A stretch of 64,000 nt of DNA from Flavobacteriales bacterium (GCA_031387085.1 JANNCY010000141.1:1265-65264), one strand, 5' to 3'; numbered from the stretch's first letter, positions 1-8,924 are shown. A program made the numbers and translations. The notes: generated by a model not told the origin, from the letters alone.

Positions 1-449
1 GGAAAAATTTCGTCCTGCATCGGTAAATAAACACCAGCAGAATCGACCAGGTATATAATTGGTAAACGGTTTTCCATAGCAATTTCTTGCGCGCGAAGGT
101 TCTTTTTTCCTGTAATTGGAAACCAAGCACCCGCTTTAACAGTAGCATCATTAGCTACTACGATACATTGCTTTCCTTTTATATAGCCTATTTTTACCAC
201 CACACCAGCAGAGGGACAACCTCCGTGCTCGGCATACATGCCGTCTCCTGCAAATGTGCCAATTTCAATACTTTTGGATTTGGGGTCGAGGAGGTAATCA
301 ATGCGTTCTCGAGCGGTCATTTTGCCTTCGGCGTGTAATTTTTCGATTCGTTTTTCGCCACCACCAAGTTTTACTTTTGCAAAACGTTGCTTTAAATCGG
401 TTAGTAAAAGTTTATTGTGATCTTCGTTTTTATTGAAGTTTAAATCCAT
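1..449 (-). CDS. Acyl-CoA carboxylase carboxyltransferase (beta) subunit, N-terminal part; runs off the window edge
   Basis: Manual translation from ATG at 449: MDLNFNKNEDHNKLLLTDLKQRFAKVKLGGGEKRIEKLHAEGKMTARERIDYLLD...VVANDATVKAGAWFP...IYLVDSAGVYLP. GKMTARERI and LVDSAG are carboxyltransferase motifs. Not in the ORF track. Confidence 0.9.
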   Translation of the reverse strand, partial: MDLNFNKNEDHNKLLLTDLKQRFAKVKLGGGEKRIEKLHAEGKMTARERIDYLLDPKSKSIEIGTFAGDGMYAEHGGCPSAGVVVKIGYIKGKQCIVVANDATVKAGAWFPITGKKNLRAQEIAMENRLPIIYLVDSAGVYLPMQDEIF

Positions 450-579
450 AGCAAATTGCAGTTTTTAGGTGTGCTAATGTACAAAATCGTTTTTAAAAGA
501 AATAATCCTGGTTTTTAATTTACAACCAAAAAAATATCATTTTTTTAATTAAGTTAATATTCCCTTAACATTAGATAGG

Positions 580-587
580 TACATTTG
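580..587 (+). promoter_or_regulatory. Bacteroidota sigma-A -7 element (TACATTTG) for the DUF47-pit operon
   Basis: Exact TAnnTTTG match, ending 20 nt upstream of ATG 607. Confidence 0.7.
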
Positions 588-606
588 CCAAATTAAATCA
601 AACGAA

Positions 607-1251
607 ATGACATTAAACAGTATTTTTCAGTTTTTAGTACCAAAAGATAAAAAATTTTTCCCATTATTTGAACAGGCATCTGCAAATTTAATACTTCTAG
701 CAGAAACTTTGCACGAAGCAGTGAATGTACCAAAAGTGGAACGCGAAGAATATTTCAAAAAAATTGAAGAATTAGAAGCCATCATAGAGGAAATCACACA
801 TAAAACACATTTGGAATTAAGTAGGAATTTTATCACTCCTTTTGACAGAGAAGATATACACGCTTTAATAAAATCGATTGATAATGTTGCAGACAATATG
901 CATGGTGCAGCTAGTAGAATACGTTTGTATCAAGTAGATAAGATTACGAAATCGATTCGTAAATTAACAGAAATCAATTTGGAAGCATGTCAATTAATTG
1001 GTGAAGGTATTAGGCAATTGAAAGATATGAATAATATCAAAATGATTAAAGAGACTTGTAAAAAAATCAATAAACTGGAAAGTAAAGCAGATGTAGTTTT
1101 TGATAAAGCAGTAGCCGATATATTTGAAAATGAAACCGATGCTAAAAACATCATTAAATATAAAGAAGTCCTTTCTGCCCTTGAAATGGCGTCTGATAAA
1201 TGTAAAAGTGTTTCCAATGTTATGGAACAAATTTCAGTTAAACATTCATAA
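607..1251 (+). CDS. DUF47 family phosphate transport regulator (PhoU-like)
   Basis: 214 aa; ITPFDREDI and LESKADVV motifs; directly upstream of a PiT transporter, the usual arrangement. Confidence 0.9.
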   Translation: MTLNSIFQFLVPKDKKFFPLFEQASANLILLAETLHEAVNVPKVEREEYFKKIEELEAIIEEITHKTHLELSRNFITPFDREDIHALIKSIDNVADNMHGAASRIRLYQVDKITKSIRKLTEINLEACQLIGEGIRQLKDMNNIKMIKETCKKINKLESKADVVFDKAVADIFENETDAKNIIKYKEVLSALEMASDKCKSVSNVMEQISVKHS

Positions 1252-1275
1252 TAGTTTCAATTAAAAATCAACTTT

Positions 1276-2604
1276 ATGGATTTTACGTTATTAATTGTAA
1301 TTATTGCTCTTGCCCTTCTATTTGATTATATTAATGGCTTTCATGATGCTGCCAATTCGATAGCAACTATTGTGGCAACAAAAGTATTGACACCGTTTCA
1401 AGCTGTACTGTGGGCTGCATTTTTTAACTTTTTGGCGTATTGGGTTTTTGGGTTTGGAGTAGCAGATACTGTGGCTAAAACAGCCAATACCAGTAGCATT
1501 GATTTGATTGTTATTTTATCGGGAATAATAGCTGCAATTATATGGAATTTACTCACTTGGTGGAAGGGAATTCCTTCGTCATCATCACATACACTTATTG
1601 GAGGTTTTGCTGGTGCTGCTATAGCACACGGATTTACGGGTGTTACCGATGCCGAACATGCTGGTTTTAAAATTGTAAGTTGGTATAAAGCAGCTAAAGA
1701 AGGCGAGTTGTTGCCTTCGGGAGTAACAATTGTAATTTTGTTTATTGTGTTTGCTCCTCTATTAGGAATGATCATTTCGTATTTTATTTCTTTATGGATG
1801 ATGTATTCGTCGAAAAAGAATATTTATCCTAAAATAGTTACCGTAGTTTTGATGGTTTTGGTGATATGGTTTATGTCATCCGTGATGGTTTCGTATGAAG
1901 ATATTGAAAAACCTAGATTTGAAAGCCATTTTTGGAGTGTCATAACGGAAGCACATAACATAAAGTGGTTTCTAGTGGCAATTGTGTTTTTCAGTTTAGC
2001 CATTTTTAATCTTTTTTTTAGTCAATTTTCTACTGCTAATGCTGAAAAAGTATTAAAAAAAATGCAATTAATATCATCAGCGGCTTTTAGTTTAGGTCAT
2101 GGTGGAAACGATTCTCAAAAAGTAATGGGTATTATTGCAGCAGCGGTTGCCGTTTACATAAGAACCAACCCAAATATAAATATGTCTGCAGGATGGCTTG
2201 ATTTGAATGTAATTCTTCCTTCCGAAAAAGATGGGGTTGTAATTGATGGACATATGCCCAACTGGATTCCATTAACATGTTATAGTGTAATAGCCCTCGG
2301 AACTTTGAGTGGTGGTTGGAAAATTGTAAAAACAATGGGGTCTAAAATCACAAAAGTAACTGCTTTTGAAGGTGTCATAGCGGAATCAGCTGGAGCCTTA
2401 ACTTTGTTTATGACCGAGCATTTTAAAATCCCTGTTTCTACTACACATACTATAACAGGTTCTATTATTGGAGTAGGTGTTACCAAAAGAGTATCTGCGG
2501 TACGTTGGGGTGTAACAGTTAAACTTCTTTGGGCTTGGTTATTAACGATTCCTGTTTCTGCCCTATTAGCTGCTATGATCTATTGTTTTTTGAAGTTATT
2601 TTAA
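1276..2604 (+). CDS. Inorganic phosphate transporter, PiT family
   Basis: 442 aa membrane protein with both PiT signatures (GFHDAANSIAT, GHGGNDSQK) plus PSSSSH and PVSTTH. Confidence 0.95.
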   Translation: MDFTLLIVIIALALLFDYINGFHDAANSIATIVATKVLTPFQAVLWAAFFNFLAYWVFGFGVADTVAKTANTSSIDLIVILSGIIAAIIWNLLTWWKGIPSSSSHTLIGGFAGAAIAHGFTGVTDAEHAGFKIVSWYKAAKEGELLPSGVTIVILFIVFAPLLGMIISYFISLWMMYSSKKNIYPKIVTVVLMVLVIWFMSSVMVSYEDIEKPRFESHFWSVITEAHNIKWFLVAIVFFSLAIFNLFFSQFSTANAEKVLKKMQLISSAAFSLGHGGNDSQKVMGIIAAAVAVYIRTNPNINMSAGWLDLNVILPSEKDGVVIDGHMPNWIPLTCYSVIALGTLSGGWKIVKTMGSKITKVTAFEGVIAESAGALTLFMTEHFKIPVSTTHTITGSIIGVGVTKRVSAVRWGVTVKLLWAWLLTIPVSALLAAMIYCFLKLF

Positions 2605-2627
2605 AAAATTGAGATAGAAAAAATACG

Positions 2628-2664
2628 AACTCTTAAAAGATGAATTTCTTTTAGGAGTTTTTTT
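2628..2664 (+). terminator. Intrinsic terminator after the pit operon
   Basis: Stem AACTCTTAAAAGA / TCTTTTAGGAGTT followed by a T run. Confidence 0.7.
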
Positions 2665-2899
2665 CAACTATGGAAATTCAAAATCAAACTTGTCAGAAAC
2701 TTGCATCTTTACAATTTCACAAATTATCTTTTTGAACCTTATGTATCCATGTCACTATATACAGTAGATGACAAGCTTCCAATGTTAAGTTTTTAGTCAA
2801 AACGAAAACTTAACATTGGCGAATGTTATAATGTTGTAAGTTTGTTAATACAAAATTTACATTGAATTAACGTAAAATTTAAATTAACTAAATAACATT

Positions 2900-3367
2900 A
2901 TGATAAAGAGAAGAGTAACTGCTAATGTCAAAACACCAAATACAGCATCCACTGCACCAAAAGTGGATGAAACCAATCCAACTGAAACTACAAAACCAGA
3001 AACAGCTACTGATGAACCAAAAGTTGTAACAGTTGAAAAGCCTGTTGCGAAAACAACTCCAACTCCCAGAAGAAGACCTGTAGCAAAACCAGCTGTATCA
3101 ACAGAAGTTAAACCGGAAGAAGTTTCTAAAGAAGCGGTTTCCATTAATCCAGAAACACCAGAAACCATGAAAGACTCGGACAAAGAAAAAGCAAAAAAAG
3201 CGAAGGCAAAAGAAAAAGAGAAAAAGGAAAAAGCCAAGAAGAAAGAAAAAGCTAAAAAAGAGAAACAAAAAGAAAAGGACAAGGAAAAAAAGAAAAAAGC
3301 GAAAAAGAAAGAAAAAGCCAAAAAGGAAAAAGCTAAAAAGAAACAAAAATCCAAAAAGAAAAAATAA
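2900..3367 (+). CDS. Low-complexity Lys-rich protein (histone H1-like tail), function unknown
   Basis: 155 aa; T/P/E/K-rich N-terminal half; 39 of the last 61 residues are Lys; a hairpin plus T run follows at about 3378-3412. Confidence 0.75.
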   Translation: MIKRRVTANVKTPNTASTAPKVDETNPTETTKPETATDEPKVVTVEKPVAKTTPTPRRRPVAKPAVSTEVKPEEVSKEAVSINPETPETMKDSDKEKAKKAKAKEKEKKEKAKKKEKAKKEKQKEKDKEKKKKAKKKEKAKKEKAKKKQKSKKKK

Positions 3368-3471
3368 ATTTTGAAATAAAAAGCGGGTGTTACTACATCG
3401 GCTTTTTTTTTTATTTTAACAAACGTTGATTTTATATTCTCACTACATTTGCATTTATATCATTAGATCTT

Positions 3472-4239
3472 ATGAAAAAATACAGCTTGTTTCTCGTTGT
3501 ACTAATAAATATTTCCTTTTTGGGATTCGCTCAACTAAAAGAAGTTCCTTATACTGATGGCAATAATAAACTAATTGGATTTCTAGGAAAACCTTCAAAA
3601 GAGTTAAAAGACAAACCCGGAGTTTTAATTATTCATGCCTGGATGGGAATTGATGATCATGCCAAAGAAAGTGCTACTGATTTATCCAAGTTAGGTTATT
3701 ATACATTTGTTGCCGATATATTCGGAGTAGGAAATAAACCAACCAACACAAAAGAAGCGGGACAACAAGCCGGTTTTTACAAGAAAAATATTTTAGAATA
3801 CCAAAAACGTATTCAATTGGCATTGGATGAATTAGTAAAACAAGGTGCCAATCCCGACAAGATTATCGTAATGGGTTATTGTTTTGGTGGGACAGGAGCC
3901 ATTGAAGCAGCCAGAAGTAATATGAAAGTAAAAGGAATTGTTTCCTTCCATGGCGGATTAGGACGCGATGAAACCCGAACCATCAATCTAATTACTGCAA
4001 AGATATTGGTATTGCATGGTGCTGATGATTCGTATGTTCCCGAAGCAGAAGTCAAAGCCTTTCAAAACGAAATGCGCACCGCCAAAGCCGATTGGCAAAT
4101 GACTTACTATGCCAATTCAGTACATGCGTTTACCGATAAAAATGCAGGAAATGACAACAGCAAAGGAGCTGCCTATAATGAATTCGCCGATAAACGTTCG
4201 TGGCAAGCCTTGTTACAATTTTTAAAGGAAGTGATATAA
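3472..4239 (+). CDS. Dienelactone hydrolase family protein, secreted
   Basis: Signal peptide; GYCFGG nucleophile motif, LHGADD and H-AF; TACATTTG promoter at 3444-3451. Confidence 0.9.
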   Translation: MKKYSLFLVVLINISFLGFAQLKEVPYTDGNNKLIGFLGKPSKELKDKPGVLIIHAWMGIDDHAKESATDLSKLGYYTFVADIFGVGNKPTNTKEAGQQAGFYKKNILEYQKRIQLALDELVKQGANPDKIIVMGYCFGGTGAIEAARSNMKVKGIVSFHGGLGRDETRTINLITAKILVLHGADDSYVPEAEVKAFQNEMRTAKADWQMTYYANSVHAFTDKNAGNDNSKGAAYNEFADKRSWQALLQFLKEVI

Positions 4240-4242
4240 AAT

Positions 4243-4304
4243 ACAAAAGTCGATCTGGAGCGATCGACTATTGCGGTGAGGTGTAACTTCCTTTCGGAAT
4301 CCTC
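4243..4304 (-). ncRNA. Candidate small structured RNA; its 3' hairpin is probably also the prfB terminator
   Basis: TACATTTG at 4316-4309, then GAGGAUUCC-GAAA-GGAAGUUACACCUC, a linker, and an 8-bp stem AGUCGAUC/GAUCGACU followed by UUU. Confidence 0.4.
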
Positions 4305-4315
4305 GATGCAAATGT

Positions 4316-4397
4316 AGTTATAAGTTATGAATTATGAGTTATGAGTTAGGAATTATTTTAAGTAACTCATAATTCATAACTCCTAACTCATAACTCT
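4316..4397. repeat. Inverted heptamer array (AGTTATG)n ... (TAACTCA)n
   Basis: Five to six AGTTATG-like units at 4316-4357 and five TAACTCA-like units at 4363-4397; overlaps the prfB stop. Confidence 0.9.
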
Positions 4398-5483
4398 TTC
4401 TGTCCCATCATCATCAAATACGCTTTTAAAAATGCATCAATGTTACCGTTCATAACGCCGTCGACATCGCTGGTTTCTTTTCCAGTGCGGACGTCTTTGA
4501 CTAACTTATACGGTTGCATAACGTAGTTTCGTATTTGTGAACCCCACTCAATTTTCATTTTCCCAGCTTCAATATCAGCGCGTTGTGCCATTTGTTTTTT
4601 GAGTTCGATTTCATACAATTGCGATTTCAACATTTGCATGGCACGTTGTCGGTTGTCTTGTTGCGAACGCGTTTCTGAACACTGAATCTGAATTCCGGTT
4701 GGTTTGTGAAACAGTTGCACTTTCGTTTCTACTTTATTTACGTTTTGTCCACCAGCACCACTCGAACGCGAGGTAATGATTTCAATATCGGCAGGATTAA
4801 TATCAATCTCAATCGTATCATCCACCAAAGGATATACATATACTGATGCAAAAGAAGTATGTCGTTTCGCATTACTGTCAAACGGAGAAATCCGCACTAA
4901 TCGATGCACACCGTTTTCCCCTTTTAAATAACCAAACGCAAAATCGCCTTCAATTTCGAGCGTCACCGTTTTTATTCCGGCAACTTCGCCTTCCTGAAAG
5001 TTCAGTTCTTTAATTTTGTATTTCTGCTTTTCGGCCCACATCATGTACATCCGCATCAGCATCGACGCCCAATCGCAACTTTCGGTTCCGCCAGCACCAG
5101 CAGTAATTTGGATCACAGCACTCAGATTGTCACCTTCCTCCGAAAGCATGTTTCGAAACTCCAAATCCTCAATATGATTATTCGTCAATTCATATTGGTC
5201 ATCGAGTTCGGTTTCGGTGGCATCGCCGTCTTTAAAAAATTCATAGGTAATTTGAAGTTCTTCCGCAAAAGCGTTTCCTTTCTCAAAATCTTCGACCCAT
5301 TTTTTCTTCGAGCGAAGGTTTCTTACTAGGATTTCGGCTTCACGGGCGTTGTTCCAAAAGTCGGGAGCAAAGGTTTTTTCTTCTTCGTTAGTTATTTCGA
5401 TAAGCTTGGCATCAATGTCAAAGATACCTCCTCAACGCACCAAGGCGCTCTACAATACCTTTAATTTGTTCGGTATTTGTCAT
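4388..5483 (-). CDS. prfB: Peptide chain release factor 2, translated via a programmed +1 frameshift
   Basis: ATG at 5483 gives [21 protein letters not shown], then CTT TGA C (5423-5417). The +1 frame continues [15 protein letters not shown]... to the SPF anticodon-mimic and GGQ motifs. AGGAGGT lies at 5432-5426. The track ORF 4388..5188 is only the downstream part. Confidence 0.97.
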
Positions 5484-5510
5484 AAATTAATGTAGTTTTG
5501 TATTATTAGT

Positions 5511-5596
5511 TGAAGCTAATCCTGCTTTACACTGCAATCTTTTTTTCGGTTAAAAACCTCAAAAAAGGATTTACGTTGCAATCAGGGCTAGGCATC
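5511..5596 (-). repeat. Flavo-1-like palindromic intergenic element, copy 1
   Basis: tgaagctaatcctgctttacactgcaatcttttt...aaaaaaggatttacgttgcaatcagggctaggcatc; homologous ends to 60141-60238. The family name is from recall of the Flavo-1 motif and was not searched. Confidence 0.6.
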
Positions 5597-5624
5597 ATGC
5601 AAAAATAGAACATCTATTCATTAT

Positions 5625-6644
5625 ATGGAAATAAATTTAATCAGTGATACGGTAACTAAACCAAGTAACGAAATGTTGCAGTTCATGTTCAACGCCAAAG
5701 TAGGCGATGACGTATTCAAACAAGATCCAACAGTAAACGAATTTGAAGCCATCGTTGCCGACTTATTCGGAATGGAAGCCGCGTTGTTTTTCCCAACAGG
5801 AACGATGACAAACCAAACCGCAATAAAATTACACACCAATCCGGGTGATCAGATTATTTGCGATAAATGGGCACATGTACATTTGTACGAATCAGGTGGA
5901 GCATCTGCAAATAGTGGCGTAAACTTTAATTTACTCGACGGACATCGCGGAATGATAACTGCCGAACAAGTTAAAAACGGCATCAACGATCCTGAGTTTT
6001 ATCACGCGCCATTATCAAAATTAGTTTGTGTAGAAAACACCACTAATAAAGGTGGCGGAGCGTGTTACGATTTGGAAGAATTGCGAAAAATAAAACAAGT
6101 TTGTTCCGAAAATAATTTGAAATACCATTTAGATGGAGCACGTTTGTGGAATGCCTTAGTTGCAAAAAAACAACATCCAAAGCAATTTGGCGAATTGTTC
6201 GACACGATTTCGGTTTGTTTTTCCAAAGGATTAGGCGCGCCGATTGGTTCTGTTTTAGTCGGAAATGAAGAGACAATTAAACGCGCGATGCGCATCCGAA
6301 AAATATTTGGTGGGAATTTGCGTCAGTCAGGATATTTGGCTGCAGCCGGAATTTACGCACTAAAAAACAACATTAACCGTTTAGAAGATGATCACCGTCG
6401 CGCTAAAGAATTGGGCGAAGTATTGCAAAGTTTAGCATGGATTGAAAAAGTAGAGCCAATCGAAACCAATATTTTGATTTTCAATATCAAATCCAATTTA
6501 AACGAAAAGGAAACCATTGAAAAATTAAAGCAAAAAGGTATTCATATTAGTTCAATGGGACAAGGTAAACTGCGTATCGTTACACATTTAGATTACAAAG
6601 AAGTAATGCACGATTATGTGAGAGAGACGCTTCAGAAATTTTAA
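5625..6644 (+). CDS. ltaE: Low-specificity L-threonine aldolase
   Basis: SDTVT, GDDV...DPTV, PTGTMTNQ, LDGARLWNA and CFSKGLGAPIGS (PLP lysine) motifs. Confidence 0.9.
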   Translation: MEINLISDTVTKPSNEMLQFMFNAKVGDDVFKQDPTVNEFEAIVADLFGMEAALFFPTGTMTNQTAIKLHTNPGDQIICDKWAHVHLYESGGASANSGVNFNLLDGHRGMITAEQVKNGINDPEFYHAPLSKLVCVENTTNKGGGACYDLEELRKIKQVCSENNLKYHLDGARLWNALVAKKQHPKQFGELFDTISVCFSKGLGAPIGSVLVGNEETIKRAMRIRKIFGGNLRQSGYLAAAGIYALKNNINRLEDDHRRAKELGEVLQSLAWIEKVEPIETNILIFNIKSNLNEKETIEKLKQKGIHISSMGQGKLRIVTHLDYKEVMHDYVRETLQKF

Positions 6645-6657
6645 AAAAAATGGTTAT

Positions 6658-6759
6658 TGCACAGAGCGCACAGAGAATTTGCACCGAGATTACGTCGTAT
6701 GTTATGTCCTCTGATTAAAAAGTTTAATCGTTCTCTGTGCATCCTCCGTGTTCTCTGTG
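6658..6759. repeat. 9-bp-period CACAGAG/CTCTGTG inverted element, copy 1
   Basis: TGCACAGAGCGCACAGAG at 6658-6675 is identical to 61165-61182; inverted CTCTGTG/CTCCGTG units at 6731-6759. Confidence 0.85.
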
Positions 6760-6791
6760 TAAATAAAAATTTAATTGGTTAAATCAATTTT

Positions 6792-8924
6792 ATGAAAAAT
6801 CGAATTATTTTATTGCTGCCCTGTCTTATTTTTGCGACTGGATATACTCAAAATCAAAAAATAAAAATGCAAGAAATTACCATTCCGCCATCGGCAAAGA
6901 AAATTCCACATCCAATAACAAACCACGGAAACACTAGAGTTGACGATTACTATTGGTTAAACGATCGCGAAAATCTAGAAGTGATAGATTATCTAAATAA
7001 AGAAAACGAATACTATCAAAAAGAAACGGCGCATACCGAAACATTTCAAAAGCAATTGTTTGAAGAAATGAAATCCCGAATTAAGGAAGACGACCAATCG
7101 GTTCCTTATTTGTACAATGGCTATTATTACATCACGCGTTTTGAAACGGGAAAAGACTATCCGATCTATTCCAGAAAAAAGGGAACTTTAGATGCTAAAG
7201 AAGAAATTCTATTCGACTGTAACGAAATGGCAAAGGGACATTCGTATTTTCAATTGGGTGGATTAAGCATAAGTGATGACAGTAAATGGGCAGCTTTTAG
7301 TGTCGATTTAGTTTCAAGAAGACAATATACGTTACATTTTAAAAATTTAGAAACTGGAGAAATTTCAACATCAAAAATAGAAAACACTACTGGTGGTGCT
7401 ACTTGGGCAAATGATAATAAAACGATTTTTTACAGTAAAAAAGACGAAGTTACGTTGCGATCAGACAAGATTTACAAACACAAATTGGCTACTGATAGCA
7501 AAGACGATAAATTGGTTTACTTCGAAAAAGATGAAACGTATAACGTTGATGTCAACAAATCAAAGTCTAAAAAGTACATTATTATTGCTTCTGAAAGTAC
7601 ATTGACAAGCGAATACCAAATTCTTTTAGCCGATACTCCAGACCAAAATTTTACTGTTTTTCAAAAAAGAACACGCGGATTGGAATATTCGATTTCTCAT
7701 TTTGAAGATCATTTTTACATTGTTACCAATAAAGACAAGGCGGACAATTTTAAAATAATGAAAACACCAGAAACGAAGACTGCAAAGGAAAATTGGACTG
7801 ATTTGATTCCACATCGCAAAGACGTTTTAATAGAAGATATTGATATTTTTAAAAATTATTTAGTCGTTTCAGAACGTTCGAATGGTTTGAACAAAATTCG
7901 GATTATGCCATGGAAAGGAGACGACTATTACCTTCCATTTGAAATTGAAACCTATACGTGTAACACGACAACCAATGTTGATTTTGACACCGAAATCCTT
8001 CGCTATGCTTATCAATCAATGGCGACGCCGCCTTCTGTAATTGATTTTAACATGCGAACGAAAGAAAAAACTGTCTTAAAAGAAGTGGAAGTTCTTGGCG
8101 GAAAATTTGACAAAAATAATTATAGTGAAGAACGTATTTGGGCCACAGCTACCGATGGAACCAAAATTCCTATTTCGATGGTGCATCGAAAAGGAATAAA
8201 AAAAGACAGTAATAATCCATTTTTATTATATGCTTACGGCTCGTATGGTTATTCTATGGATACATCGTTTAGCTCGACAGTTTTAAGTTTATTAGACAGA
8301 GGATTTATTTTTGGAATTGCCCATATCCGCGGTGGAGAAGATTTAGGACGTCAATGGTACGAAGACGGAAAATTATTAAAAAAGAAAAATACGTTTACCG
8401 ATTTTATCGATTGTTCGAAGTTTGTAATTTCTGAAAAATACACTTCTGCAGCGCATCTTTATGCCGAAGGCGGTTCGGCTGGAGGTTTATTAATGGGAGC
8501 AATTGTAAATATGGCTCCTGAAATTTATAACGGAATCATCGCACAAGTTCCCTTTGTAGATGTGGTAACAACAATGTTAGATGAAACGATTCCGCTAACG
8601 ACAGGAGAGTATGATGAGTGGGGAAATCCAAACGAAAAAAAATACTACGATTATATGTTGTCGTATTCACCCTATGATAATGTGGTCGCTAAAAATTATC
8701 CGAACATGTATGTCTCAACCGGTTTACACGATTCACAAGTACAATATTGGGAACCAGCAAAATGGGTAGCTAAATTAAGAGATTTAAAAACCAATTCAAA
8801 TCAACTTTTTTTAAATACTAATATGGATTCTGGTCATGGTGGTGCTTCGGGAAGGTTTGAAGCGCTTAAGGAATTAGCGAAAGAATTCAGTTTTTTATTA
8901 GATTTAGAAAGAATTGAAAAGTAA
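6792..8924 (+). CDS. ptrB: Oligopeptidase B (S9A prolyl oligopeptidase family)
   Basis: DDYYWL N-terminus, GGSAGG catalytic Ser, DSQV Asp and GHGGASGR His; signal peptide. Confidence 0.92.
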   Translation: MKNRIILLLPCLIFATGYTQNQKIKMQEITIPPSAKKIPHPITNHGNTRVDDYYWLNDRENLEVIDYLNKENEYYQKETAHTETFQKQLFEEMKSRIKEDDQSVPYLYNGYYYITRFETGKDYPIYSRKKGTLDAKEEILFDCNEMAKGHSYFQLGGLSISDDSKWAAFSVDLVSRRQYTLHFKNLETGEISTSKIENTTGGATWANDNKTIFYSKKDEVTLRSDKIYKHKLATDSKDDKLVYFEKDETYNVDVNKSKSKKYIIIASESTLTSEYQILLADTPDQNFTVFQKRTRGLEYSISHFEDHFYIVTNKDKADNFKIMKTPETKTAKENWTDLIPHRKDVLIEDIDIFKNYLVVSERSNGLNKIRIMPWKGDDYYLPFEIETYTCNTTTNVDFDTEILRYAYQSMATPPSVIDFNMRTKEKTVLKEVEVLGGKFDKNNYSEERIWATATDGTKIPISMVHRKGIKKDSNNPFLLYAYGSYGYSMDTSFSSTVLSLLDRGFIFGIAHIRGGEDLGRQWYEDGKLLKKKNTFTDFIDCSKFVISEKYTSAAHLYAEGGSAGGLLMGAIVNMAPEIYNGIIAQVPFVDVVTTMLDETIPLTTGEYDEWGNPNEKKYYDYMLSYSPYDNVVAKNYPNMYVSTGLHDSQVQYWEPAKWVAKLRDLKTNSNQLFLNTNMDSGHGGASGRFEALKELAKEFSFLLDLERIEK

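Noticed and set aside
87-436. Plus-strand track ORFs 87..338 and 254..436
   Set aside because: They lie opposite a clear carboxyltransferase reading frame on the minus strand.
2884-3354. 156-aa Phe/Ala/Ser-rich minus-strand ORF, and 3098..3346, resembling membrane proteins
   Set aside because: Antisense shadows of the Lys-rich gene: AAA/AAG codons read as Phe/Leu on the other strand. The terminator polarity favours the + strand gene.
4283-4304. Resemblance of AGGAUUCCGAAAGGAAG to SRP RNA helix 8
   Set aside because: The following AGCAG symmetric-loop strand is absent and the unit is too short. Kept only as an unassigned sRNA candidate.
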